Origin: Octopus bimaculoides
Lineage: Eukaryota
Direction of reading: 5' to 3'
Assembly: GCF_001194135.2 (NCBI RefSeq)
Contig: NC_068985.1
Location: 34,868,057 to 34,907,032 of the forward strand
Length of the DNA: 38,976 nt
Below the pieces are notes generated by a model, which was not told the origin of the DNA, searched no databases, and saw only the letters and a program-made list of their open reading frames with translations. Shown in pieces: positions 22,225 through 34,033 of the stretch (position 1 is its first letter; each line of letters opens with the position of its first letter). A program made the position numbers and the translations under genes.

Positions 22225-22479
22225 ATCCTCCTCAAGTAAACATTCATATTTCAAATGAGACAAATAATACTTTACAAATTAATTGCACTGCATTTGGTGG
22301 AAACCCAGAGATTTATGAATACAAACTGGAGCAAAAATGGGGAAATGCCACTAAGAATACTTATAATATGAATGTATTATCTATAAACAATCCTTCCTTC
22401 AGTAATACTGGTACATGGGAGTGTCATGTAAGCAATGAAGATTTTCATGTGAATAAATCATCAAACTACAAATTTCCAA
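22225..22479 (+). CDS. Ig-superfamily membrane protein, Ig domain 4 exon
   Basis: Acceptor after a T15 tract (tttgaag). Translation YPPQVNI...INCTAFGGNP...LSINNPSFSNTGTWECHVSN. The phase-1 donor is non-canonical CCAA|gcaagt; the 3' end could instead be 22483. Confidence 0.83.
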
Positions 22480-23852
22480 GCAAGTATTTTACAAAGCCAC
22501 AATTTAATTTTAAAAACATATTTACAATTTTAATTGTTATTTTTAGAATGGTAAAATTGTTCAGTTATTTATTTAATTTTATCCCATTAGCAGATTGTTA
22601 GACTTAATTCTTTTTATGTATATCAATATAACTTTCGGGAATGGTTTGAAATGTAAATATTTAAGAATTATAGTTTTAATAAATTATTTAGTATCAAATT
22701 TTCTCAAAAAGAACTGAGGTTGTTTTCAAGTAAATTTTAAGCATTCATTTTATACAGTGAAATAATTTCCCTATTGAGTTTTCATATTATTTAGCTTGAT
22801 CCATTTCAGCTGCATAATTAATCAATATACAGCAAATTAACTTATCAAGCAAGAACATCAAATATTTCTTGTTACAGTAATTCAAATTATAAAGATATGC
22901 AATTTTGGCAAATAAATTATTTTTCTAAATATTATCCAAAAATATTCCTAAAACTTTCAGTAGCAAGTAATTTTCATTTAAATTTTATACCATGTTATAT
23001 TTGTTAGCTTTAGAAAGAAAAGAAATGTCTATATCGTGTTTAGGTCTGTATGAAAGACACTATGTAACATAAAAGGGATGGTCTATAGAATGTCTACCAC
23101 TTCAAGTGTCTTGAGATTTAAGATAATGTAAGAACTGATGAAACAAGATTATCAGTATAATCTTAGAAATACTGACTGCTTCTGAGCAGCATTGGAGAGA
23201 TTGACTTTAATGGAGATGACACACATTTTGGATTAAGTCATATTTGAGAAGGAAAATAATCAGCAAGTAAAACTATCTTCTTTTAGATAACACTTGAAAC
23301 TATTAACTTAACTTGCTAGTTTTAAGTGATCAAAGGCTTTTTTGTACTTAAAAGCCATAGTGGTGACATCTTAAGTAATGAGTAGAGCTGAAAAAAAGTA
23401 ACTGACTGAGTGTTTGTTATGTGTAGGAAGTTAAACTGGATATGATATTAGTAGCTAATGTGACAGATTTGACTGTTATATGCATATGTCCATATTACCT
23501 TGATCAGGTGGCGTGTGATGAGACAATGTTAGAGGATCTTCTGGAACCATACACTGTAAAATATGCTATGGTTGTTGTGTAGAGGTTGTAATTGAAGGGC
23601 TGGTAAGCTAGAGTTCGTTTGACAACTAGGGATTCTAATTTGGAGGTGAAATGGTATAGATGCTTAGAATTGCCAATTTTTTTAGCCTTAAATACTAGCA
23701 GAATCAGTCTGAAAGTAAATTTCAGTCATCGAATTGCATAGTTTAAATTTTATTATTTCCATTTAGTTTTTTGAAAACTTTGAAATCTTCTGTTTCAAAT
23801 ATATGATATACATTGTTATTTTCTTTAGTAATATTATTATTTTTTCCATCAG

Positions 23853-24161
23853 TGAAACCTATTTTCAGTTCAATATCAAACAATCCCAAAAAGAGAAATG
23901 TTGCAATTGGAGAATCTGTAATTTTCAAACAGTGTTTTTATTCCCATCCAAAATCTGATGTAAAATGGCAAAAGAATGAGAATTTAATTGACTCCAACAA
24001 ATATTTAACAACTGATTATTTATCGAGTGAGTTTCCTTTCAAAGGAAGCTGCACTAGTGTAAAAATAGAAGACATTAAAGATAATGATTTTGGTACTTAT
24101 ACCTTAACAGTGGAAAATACCATAGGGAAAAAAGTGATTATTTTTGCCATGAGACTTAAAG
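23853..24161 (+). CDS. Ig-superfamily membrane protein, Ig domain 5 exon (I-set-like)
   Basis: Acceptor ttttttccatcag, donor AAAG|gtaagt, phase 1-1, 309 nt. Motifs KPIF...GESVIF...HPKSDVKW...IEDIKDNDFGTYTLTVENTIG. Confidence 0.87.
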
Positions 24162-26135
24162 GTAAGTTGTTACATGTTTGGAATTATTCTTTAATTACTT
24201 ATAATATTGTTTCATGTTATATGGAATTATTTAGAATTGATTAATTCATTGTGAAGTACTTAAGGTTTTGCTTTTAATCCATGTGTTAAAATTAGCTATA
24301 TATGATAAAGATGGAGGATAAATTTTAGCTTTGTTTCTTGTTTAAGCACTTTTAGATTTGTAGGTAAACATAATTTCCTTTTCAGAAATATTCTAGAAAA
24401 TTGCTGGTCACAAAACTTCCACTGGCAAACCATTCCCTGAACTCTGGTAATGAAGTTTTCTAGTCAATTAACTATTTATTCTTAGTTTATTCATTTAAAT
24501 ATTTTCTACATAATTAGAGTGGAGTTGATTTGAATATGGTAAGATTTCCAGTTGAAATATGGAAACAGTGAACTGATGCATGTAAATACTAAAATTTTAT
24601 GTTTTTTTTAGTCTTTTTTTTAGCTTTATACCAAATTATGAAAGCTAAAGTATGACAGAGGGACAAGCACAAGTGTCTTACTACAGTGAGAATACAGATT
24701 GTAGATAAGGAGGGAAGGAAAAGGTGAATAATTTCATAAGAGAATGACAGATGGTTTGACACTAGACTAGAGGTAGAGGGATGGGAAGGGAAAAGATCAA
24801 TATGGAGAAGGAGGTGAAGGAGATAAAAGTGGCTCATGAAGGAAGAGATGACAAGCTGAAACACAGGGAGTGTGGAGAGCAGCAGTAACATATATCTATG
24901 GTTAGATCAGAAAGTAGGGAGATGTGGTGCAGTTGATCCCTGTCTTGAACTGACTGCTGCTGTCATATTGAATTTTAAACTTTTAATCTCCAGGTTTTTC
25001 TTTCAGGTGGGAAACATTGAAACATTTGTCACAATTCTTTGACAGACTCTACTATAAGACCTTGACCAAGTTTTCTATAAAAAGTTGTTCAGAAATAGTG
25101 TTAAAATTCAATAACTACAGAAAGTGCTGATAATAGGAGTCTAGCAAACAATTGCATATACACAAAGTTCTTATATGTAACCCTACTTTCCTAAAAAAAA
25201 GCAACATCAGTTAGAGGGTTTGAAACCAGTAATGTAATCCAAGAAACCTATCAATTTCATTGTGCTATTACCTGAGGCTATTGCTCCATCTATGTGGAGC
25301 AGATAATGTTTTGTATGTAACATAAAGTTCAAAAGAATCTTGTCATCTTTTAATATAGATTAATAGTTTGTGAGTTCAAACTTAAAGTGAGAATGTTTTT
25401 GTTAACCACTATTACTAAGAGAATAACATATGACAGAATAATTCTTAATCCATAAAATAATTTTATTTTCTAAGATCTTTAACATTATCACCATTGCAAT
25501 GAAATTGTATCGATAGTGATAATATTCATTCAGTAGCATTCAATAAATATTCTGAAAGCATGATTTTAAAAAGAAATTGTTAAAGTTTCCAAATTGCAGT
25601 TCCCAAACACATTCTTTTCAAATCAATAATTTTCTATGGCCCCTTTTGTAATATTTTCCAATATAAATCACTTGACACTTGGCATTTTTCTTGAGCAAAT
25701 ATTTCTTGGATTTTGTTTTGCAATAATGTTGTGATGTGTTTCGATGCCTTTAGTTTATTGTACAAAACATTCATGAATATTTTACATTTTAGTAAATAAT
25801 TCAAAAGCAAAAGACTTTTCTTCATAACCCTTGAACACTTTCAAAATTCTGCCATCAACTATAGATTAGGGACCACTCTTCTGAATGCTGGTTACCAAAA
25901 AAGAAAGACGTGAATTTTCAAAGTGTAACAAATAGCTGGATATTCTAAAAGATAATTTACACTGCTGATTTCATTTGTTAACAATGTAGAGACCCAGCCA
26001 GGCAACAGGAATTGTAGTAATAAAGTAGTACCGCTGATGGAGTGATAAAAAGTTAATATGTGACTTACTAAGAGGGGAATTAATATGCAATAAAGTGAGA
26101 GATATTGTTCAACTTTATAATTAAACAAAGGAGAC

Positions 26136-26300
26136 TATATACACCTCCTGCACGCATCAGCGAAAGCAGGGTATTGTAGTTGCTCATATTTATCTCTTTG
26201 TGTGTTTGCAAAATTACCTGAAAATGGCTGGAAGGATTTTCACCAAATTTGACAGAAATACTCATTTAGTGAGTGGCTCAAAATGATGAAAATTTGGTTT
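26136..26300 (+). mobile_element. Helentron-associated non-autonomous element (HINE/DINE-1-like) 5' fragment
   Basis: tatacacctCCTGC...GCAGGgtattgt subterminal palindrome, a tgtgtgttt tract, then ggaaggattttcaccaaattt. This is the order typical of DINE-1-like elements. Confidence 0.55.
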
Positions 26301-27047
26301 GATTATCTTCAAACATACATAAATATACGACTGTGTGTGTGTGTGCATGCACGCGTATGTGTGCATGTGAACAGTGATGGATACAAGGTTTTTGTTTATT
26401 TACAAGTTGATTTCTTAATTTCACCAGTGTAAGCAAAGTTCACCTATAATGGTGATAAGTAAAAAAAAAATTTTTAATCAAACTTATTAATTTCCCCAAA
26501 AGCAAGTGGTCAGATTATTTATATCCAACAACAAACTACAGTCCTTCATTCATCTGCCTTCATTCAAAGATGTTGAAAACACTTCTCAATTCCATGCAAT
26601 GTTTTCTATTAGTATTTCATTTTAATCCTCTTTTAGTCAAACACTTACAAAGCTTAATTCAGTTCAATTAAAAACTATGGGTATGCAATGCATTGTAAGC
26701 TACACTATAAATTTTAAAAGAATTTATCTGTGTGCAGGGCATGCATCACGCCTTCTGATGCCTTATAATGCATTACTAGAATGCACTACAGAACATATTT
26801 ATAGTATTTTTAACAAACACTTAGTGTTACAATGTTTGTAAAGAAATTGACTGTACAATATCTGATATAAAAAAAAAGATGCACAACTTTATGTACATTT
26901 TATTGTTTTTGAAGCCTTCAAGCAGCAACTGTGTACCCCAGCATCCATTGACCTTAGAATATGGGACAAATAATTAATGAAAAATTCTTCATAAACCTAT
27001 ATATTTTTAATGTATTAATGCAAGGTCTTTTTAATATATCTTTTCAG

Positions 27048-27149
27048 AAATTGTGGAAGTCCCTTTGAGAATAATTATTGGTTGCACTGTAGGAATTGTA
27101 TTATTAATAATTTTGGGGCTTCTTGCTTATAAATGCCACAAAAAAAGAG
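27048..27149 (+). CDS. Ig-superfamily membrane protein, transmembrane exon
   Basis: Acceptor atatcttttcag. Phase-1 translation EIVEVPLRIIIGCTVGIVLLIILGLLAYKCHKKRG is a hydrophobic helix followed by a basic stop-transfer. Donor AG|gttggt; an alternative TG|gtatgt lies 4 nt downstream. Too short to appear in the ORF track. Confidence 0.85.
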
Positions 27150-27389
27150 GTTGGTATGTTTCACGCATTATAAAGGTTTGTTAATTAGGGATATATTTTC
27201 ATAAAACTCTCCTGCCTGACCAGGCATGGTTAAACAGATGTTGAAAGTTGTGTATGTATGTGTGTCTGTGTTGTGTGACTCAATGCATGCATACATATTA
27301 AAAACTGTTCAGCACATCCCCACACTCCCTTCTTTTCACCAGCCCATTCATCAGTCACAATGTTGTTCGATTCACAATGCTCCTAGGGG

Positions 27390-29748
27390 AGTTGGTTCAG
27401 GCAACTTGTGTACAGTTTGTACATAATGTTTAGGCAAGCAATGAGCCTGTAGTTTCCTGCCATCTCGGTGATTTCATATTTGGCAACAAGATTTGTCCTT
27501 GTTGTAGCAAGCCAATGTGATATATCAGTCTGACCTTCTATAGTCCTTCTGAACATCCATATCAACAGGTTTCTATAAAATGTCAGCTTCTTGTATCCAT
27601 ATCAGACTATTAGGTCCCTTTCAGGTGCCTTTGCATTCTGCAGTTTGCCTACTGCTATAGGTTTCTGCATCAATTTTGTATGCTTTACTGTTAGTGTTGG
27701 TACAGTATTCTCTGTCAATTGTATTTAACCATGATGTATTCAGGTTGAAATCCCTCTTTTCATTCCAAATTTTTAGCCAGAATGATTGTAGATCTTCTTG
27801 GGAGGGAGCTTTCTTAATGGTGATATTTTCCTTCTTCATCTCTGTACAATGCTTGTGGGTTGGAAACAAACTTGCGATTGATACTGGCTCACTCAAAAGT
27901 TCACTTGCGATAGTGGTGTTTCACGCTCATCATCCTGAGTTCATGTTTAAAAGTGATCAGCTTTCCCTCAAGAGCTCAGTGTGAAGAGTTGCCACAAAGT
28001 TTCGTTAATTTTTGCCTAAGGTGAGGTGTAAACTCATTTTTCTCCTTATATTTTATTGTTGTAGTTAACCATCCAATATGGTGGCGCACGTTGTTGATGT
28101 TTTCTTCAAGTTTTCTTTTCCATCTAGGTGGTTTCTGTTTAGTAATTTCGTTACTTCGTTCACTGTAGATTTCTCCTAGGTGTTCTTTAAGAGTAATAGC
28201 AGCTATGTATATAAGAGTATTATTATTTCAGTAATTAACATCACATTGTCTTATGTGATAACCTTAAACATTAGATTGGTCGGATTTTTTTCTCACTCAT
28301 GTTGGGAACAGTCTGTTGCTCAATGAAAGCTTCAAGAAAGTAGCAAAATTTTTTTGCGAATTGTAATTTTAAAATGTTTTTGAGTTGGATGTATTCCATA
28401 GTCTTTGCTACTGAGTCAGCTAAATTTGGAGACATTAAAATTTTAACGATGGTGGGAGTGGTGGTTTTTTTTACATTATTTTTTATGCCGCTTCTGACAG
28501 ATTTTGACTCAGTTTGTACTGTATGAAGTAAGACAACAATGCAGAAACAGTATGGCTTCACTAGAAGAAGGCATTCGGCTCTATCCCTCATTCATGGCTG
28601 CTGAAGTGCCTGGATCTTGCAAAGGTACCTACTACCTTAATCGCTGCTATAGAGAGGCTCACAAAGACATGGACAATGATTCTTACCCTTACAACTGAGA
28701 ACAGAATAATTGTTTCTAGTAGTATAGGCATTACAAAGGGAATATTCCAGGGAGATAATATTTCTGTACTTCTTTTCCTTTTGGTACTATTATCGTTCCT
28801 ACTGCAGAAAACAAATGGTTACATGCTAGGATCTTCAACTGCCAGAAATATCAATGTAACTCATAATTTCCTTGTAGACGACCTGAAGATTTATGCTAAA
28901 AGTGTTAACAATTCCAAAAAACAACTGGAATTAATAGCAACATTTTTAGCTGATATAGCACCAACCGATCATGGCTGTTGCCAGCCTCCTCTGGCCCCTG
29001 TGCCAGTGGCATGTAAAAAGCACCCACTTCACTCATGGAGTGAGTGGTTGGTGTAGAAAAACTGGCAGATCATACTGGAGCCTGGTGCAGCCTCCTGGCT
29101 TCCCACACCTTGGTCGAACCATCCAACCCATGCTAGCATGGAAAACGGACGATGATGATGATGATAGGCATGGAGTTAGGCCAAAAAAAATGTTCATATT
29201 TGATTATAGAACAAGGAAAGTCAGTCACTCAAACCCAAAACCTGTGTATCAAGGGTTTCTCTATCTCCCCCATTCCACACAAAGAATGTTACAAATACCT
29301 AGGCATAGACGAAAATCTATCATATGAAAGCAGTGTGAATAAAGATAGAATGACCTGAGAATATTACATCAGACTTAAGAAAATATGGCAGTCAGAACTC
29401 TCCTCTTACAGCAAAACAATATCCAACAATGCATTTGCATTACCAGTGCTCTTCCCAACATTTGGGATACTTGATTGGTCTGTAGAGGAAATCCACTCCA
29501 TAGATATCAAAACCCACAGAATCCTGACAACAACTAGGAACTTTCACAGAAATGATGATGTTGATAGTCTCTACCTTAGAAGAAATGAAGGTGGTAGAGG
29601 CCTGAGATCATTGCAGATGGCCTTGGAATGCCGTGTGATATCACTCAGGCAGCACCTGCTAAACAACAGCAGCAAAAATAAATATATTAATGCAGGCCTG
29701 AAAAGTGAAGTGAGCAACACTGTACAAGTTGGCAGTGAACTTCTCAAG
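27390..29748. mobile_element. R4-clade-like LINE with an inverted 5' part (minus 27390-~28500, plus ~28505-29748)
   Basis: Minus part: HWLATTRTNLVAK...NYRLIACLNIMYKLYTSCLN (RT 0-2). Plus part: KKAFGSIPHSWL, KGIFQGD, FLVDDLKIYAK (28871-28882), YKYLGIDE and LYLRRNEGGRGL. Confidence 0.82.
28959..29167 (+). mobile_element. SINE nested inside the LINE RT
   Basis: Removing it restores the RT reading FLADI-GMELGQKKC. It carries the CCATGCTAGCATGG palindrome and a (GAT)n tail. Confidence 0.88.
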
Positions 29749-29972
29749 AGACTTGGTTATTGTAGCTGGTGATTGCAATGGACATACTGGGCAGCATCCC
29801 CATGAATTCCATGGTGCACATGGTGGTTATGGCTTTGGCTCTAGGAATGAGGAGGGAACAAGGCTACTGGAGTTCTGTGATGCAAATGATCTGCAACACT
29901 AGCTTCAGAAAATCAGCCAGCTACCTAATCACTTATCAGTTTGATGGGCACATAAGCCAGATTGCAGAATAG
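29748..29972 (+). mobile_element. RTE apurinic endonuclease fragment
   Basis: VIVAGDCNGHTG...HGGYGFGSRNEEGTRLLEFCDANDL...NTSFRK. Confidence 0.85.
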
Positions 29973-30103
29973 ATTTGAAACACTAAAGCAGTTTCCCTTT
30001 TTGGCACTGAAATCACGTTTCATTTTTAGAGAGAGAAAAAGAGAGAGTGAATGACGAAGTTTACCTAAACTTTCAATGGTATAGCAATATATTATATATA
30101 TAT

Positions 30104-30207
30104 CATCATCATTTAATGTCTGCTTTCCATGCTGGCATAGGTTGGATGGTCTGACTGAGGACTGGCAAACCAGAAAGCTGCACCAGGCTCTAATCTGTTC
30201 TGGCAAG
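30104..30207 (-). mobile_element. SINE 3' end with (GAT)n tail
   Basis: catcatcatttaatgtctgctttccatgctggcataggttggatgg... matches the other copies. Confidence 0.8.
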
Positions 30208-30778
30208 TGAAATTCATTCAATGGAAAAAAAAAAAAAAAAAAGAAATTCCAATGATTTTGAACAAAATTAAGGGGGTTGCAGCATATTAGGCGGTCAGGG
30301 CTCTTGATTCCACACAAAAAATCCCTTTTTTTCTTTTTTTTTTTACTAAATAAAAATTGTGTAAGTAGGTCTGGAGTGGGATGATGAGGGAGGGGGTGTA
30401 AAAAAAAATGAGTTTACAAAACTTTTTCATACAAAGATGCCCCACACTCATCATTTCGAAGGCTGTTTGAAAGGGATTTGTATAAATTTTCATTAAAAGA
30501 TACCTATCTTCCTGAAAATTAGGAGGGAAAAAAGTCAGATTGTATGAATTCTCCAAAACTCTTCTCTCCACCCCATCAGAAAAATTCTTTCTCATAAATC
30601 CCTATATACTCTGAAGCCATGTCTAAGTGGTATTTGTAGAAAATTTTGTTAAAAAGTATCCATTTTTCTGAATGTCATGAGGTAACAAAGTCGGGGGCAT
30701 ATACATCTGTATTAATGCCCTTCTATTTATACGATTTTTTCATTTCCTATTTCTCTCATTGTTTACAATGTTCTTTCT

Positions 30779-30815
<37 letters not shown>

Positions 30816-31857
30816 ACACACACACTGCAAAGCATATAGATGGGCTGCTGAACTGAAATCTCTATGTTGCTTTGAGGGGAAGGTAAAACTTGACAAACTG
30901 CTTTTCCCTCTGTTGTTGGACTACTATGATGTTTGTTTATAAAAGAGAGATGATGATTGTGATAAAATAACGAAAGCAATACTTACTAAGCAAGTGAGCA
31001 CTATTACACACAAGTATAATTAGATGTAAAATATAAAACTTTTTAGAAATGGGAATCAAATGTGAAAATATTATCAAGGGGCTTGCAGAAAACTGCCTGG
31101 AGGGCAGTCTTTCTGCTAGTGTATATAAGTATATAATAAAACAAACAATGGGGAGAGAGATTGTCTTGTGAGTGTTAAAGATATGAGAGACATAGAACTG
31201 AGAGGGAATGGTGATTGGGTTGTGGATGTCATTGGATATATATACATATATAACAATGAATGAGTCATTGTTTATGGAATATTTAATTTCTCCATCTAAC
31301 ATATATTTCATTAACAAAAAGTGATATTTTGTTATCTAATGAAAACACACACACTTAAATCTTCAAAGATGTGTAAACTTTATGTGTAATGTTTCTGGGT
31401 TGTTGAATTAAATATCATTGGAGAGATAGCAATTAACTGTGTTCACTTGGGGAAGCAGTTTATATTCAGTATTTGATGAGAGAAAGCTACAGGAAAAAAA
31501 AAACATCCAGAAAGGGAGATGGACTGGAGATTAAATATTGCAGAGTGAGAGAGAGACATGATAGAAATAAAACACTTTTTGATTAATAATTTTATTGTTA
31601 TTTTTTATCAGTTGTCTTTCTTCCTTGCCAGTTAATGTTAGTGGGAAGAGGTACAAACACATAAAAAAAAAACTAATGACCAATATATATTGTGTATACA
31701 TCCACATACACCCAAACATATACTCATACATCAGTATACACATGTACCTCCAAATATACGTACATATATCCATACACACATATATTCTACTGGGACAACC
31801 ACTACACACAGATATAGGTGTCTTGCAGTAGAGGAAGTACTTTGGTTCCCTCAGTTG

Positions 31858-31859
<2 letters not shown>

Positions 31860-31903
<44 letters not shown>

Positions 31904-31913
31904 NNNNNNNNNN

Positions 31914-31953
<40 letters not shown>

Positions 31954-31960
31954 TAGAAAG
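31860..31960. repeat. (GA)n microsatellite spanning a 10-N gap
   Basis: Direct reading. It explains the ER/SL-repeat ORFs. Confidence 0.95.
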
Positions 31961-32283
31961 AGAAGAGAGAGTGGAGAGAAGAAATGTTGGTGTGATGGTG
32001 GGGGGTGCATTCAAATGACATAGAACCAAAGGTTGGATAGGGTGAGTGGATGGGTAAGTTTGTGAGACTGGAAAAGAAAAGTGGGAGATGGACAGGAAGG
32101 ACTGTATCTCATGTGGGTGCTAAGAGAGAGTGGGAGAGCTGTTTGTAAATCTCAACATTATGGAAAACGAGAGATAAAATTGCTTCTGATAAAATTATGC
32201 TGTAACTAATGGTAGTTATGTTTGAAATAGAAAATTGTTACTCTTACTAGAAGTGTTTAGTATTGAAAATTTTCTTTTTTCAG

Positions 32284-32302
32284 GTGTAAAACACAATAAA
32301 AA
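32284..32302 (+). CDS. Probable 19-nt cytoplasmic microexon of the Ig gene
   Basis: Strong acceptor ttttcttttttcag and perfect donor AA|gtaagt 19 nt apart. In frame after the transmembrane exon as (G)VKHNK. No transcript evidence. Confidence 0.55.
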
Positions 32303-34033
32303 GTAAGTACATAACATTTTTATCTGTTGTTTATCTGAAAAGTAGAGAGAAAATTTCTTTCAAAAGATTAACTTTTATTTTTCATCTATCAGTAGGTTTA
32401 CCTCGTAATATGCTTTGGCAATTTACAGAAAGGTTGAGGTTAAAATGCATTTGAAATTTTCTTCCGTACATATTGCTGAAAATGATATAAGCTATCAACT
32501 AATATTTTCCTTTTACTGCTTTCCTAAATACACTTATGCTTTTCAATATTTTGATAATTAGATATGCTTTCAATTACATATTTATGTAAATATCACTTGG
32601 GTGGCATTTGGTTTGAATTTAATCAGTCAGTATATTGTCTTGTATGTTTAGTACCCTATTAGAAAAGCTCTTATTTGCATTGAAATTTTCTTTAAATGTT
32701 TCTTTAATACAGCTTCTATTTGAAAAACTTCATTGTTTCTTGCTATACGTAGTGGGACAAGGAAAGCATATTAGAAAAGAGAGTCGGCAGGTCTCTTTTG
32801 AGAGATGTGACATACAGTTACAGAAGTGTATGCTCTCATAATTAATGACTATTTACATGGAAAAGTGAAAAGTTCTGTTGCAGGAGAAGCTAATTCTGAC
32901 GTGCATCAAGGATGACAACTAGAGTGAAACTGTGTTTGTACATTAAATAAGGCATCAGAAATTTGGTGATAGATGAATAAAAGGGATGAGTCCAGGACTA
33001 TAGAACTGTTGAGGTGAAAATGGATGGTAACCATGTTACAGTGCAGTACAAAGTTAATCTCGTCACTTATACAAATAATTGGGGATCTTTCTGATTTGGT
33101 GGACACCATTTATTTTCTAACGAAACACTTTCAAACTTGGGATACTGGTAGAATGTGTCATATAAAACATCTTTTTCTCTTAGCCTTGTTAAGAAAAGTT
33201 TGTATATTCGAAGCTATTTCATGTTAAAAGTTGTCGTATTTCGGTAATTTCAACCAACCACTGATGTCTATTGAGGTGAAAACAATTACTGCTGTGGTTT
33301 GTCAACAACACGTTGTGGCGGTGTAATGGGATCTTTTCCCTTGAATAAAATTACTGTTGTTGTTTTTCAACAACAACTATCGGCGGTACTGTTATTTATG
33401 ACATCGTTCGTGCGTTTGTACTGGTTTTAGCTTTAGGGGGTTAGGGTTATGAGTATTTTTGCCAAATTTGGTGAAAATCTGTTCAATACACTGCCACAAA
33501 TTTCCTGCCTTCCTATAGAGAAGACGCAAATTTTTTCACTCTCTAACTAGCGTTCAAAATAATTTTTCTATTGTCTTGGCCTAACAGCCCTTACCGTTTG
33601 TTCTCACTGTTCTATCTTGTTTTTACTGTCTTGTTCTCACTGTCCTGTTCTTGTTTACACTTTCACCCTCTGCAAAAATTTCAAAATTTTAATTAATTTG
33701 CTTGTGGGAAGGACTGCTCCAACGAAGTTGAGTATTGTCCTTACCTTCGAGACGCGGAATAGATGGAGCAGGGACAACTGAAGAAGGGTAATATTCTTTA
33801 TGTTGCATGTCTCGTTTCTCTGTTTGTTTTTTTCGTTGTTTAAAAAAAAAGTTCGTTTTCGGTCTTCGTCTTTATGGTTTCGTTTCTCATTGTGTTTAAC
33901 GTTTTTTTGTGATGTCCTATACCCATACATGCTTGTATGTATACATATAGATGTTGGTATGTACATATATGTACGGATGTATGCATATAATTATATATTA
34001 TTCATGTTATTATATATATATACATACATATAT

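Noticed and set aside
33430-33450. Telomere-like ttaggggg-ttagggtt
   Set aside because: Only about two units, probably part of an unclassified repeat.
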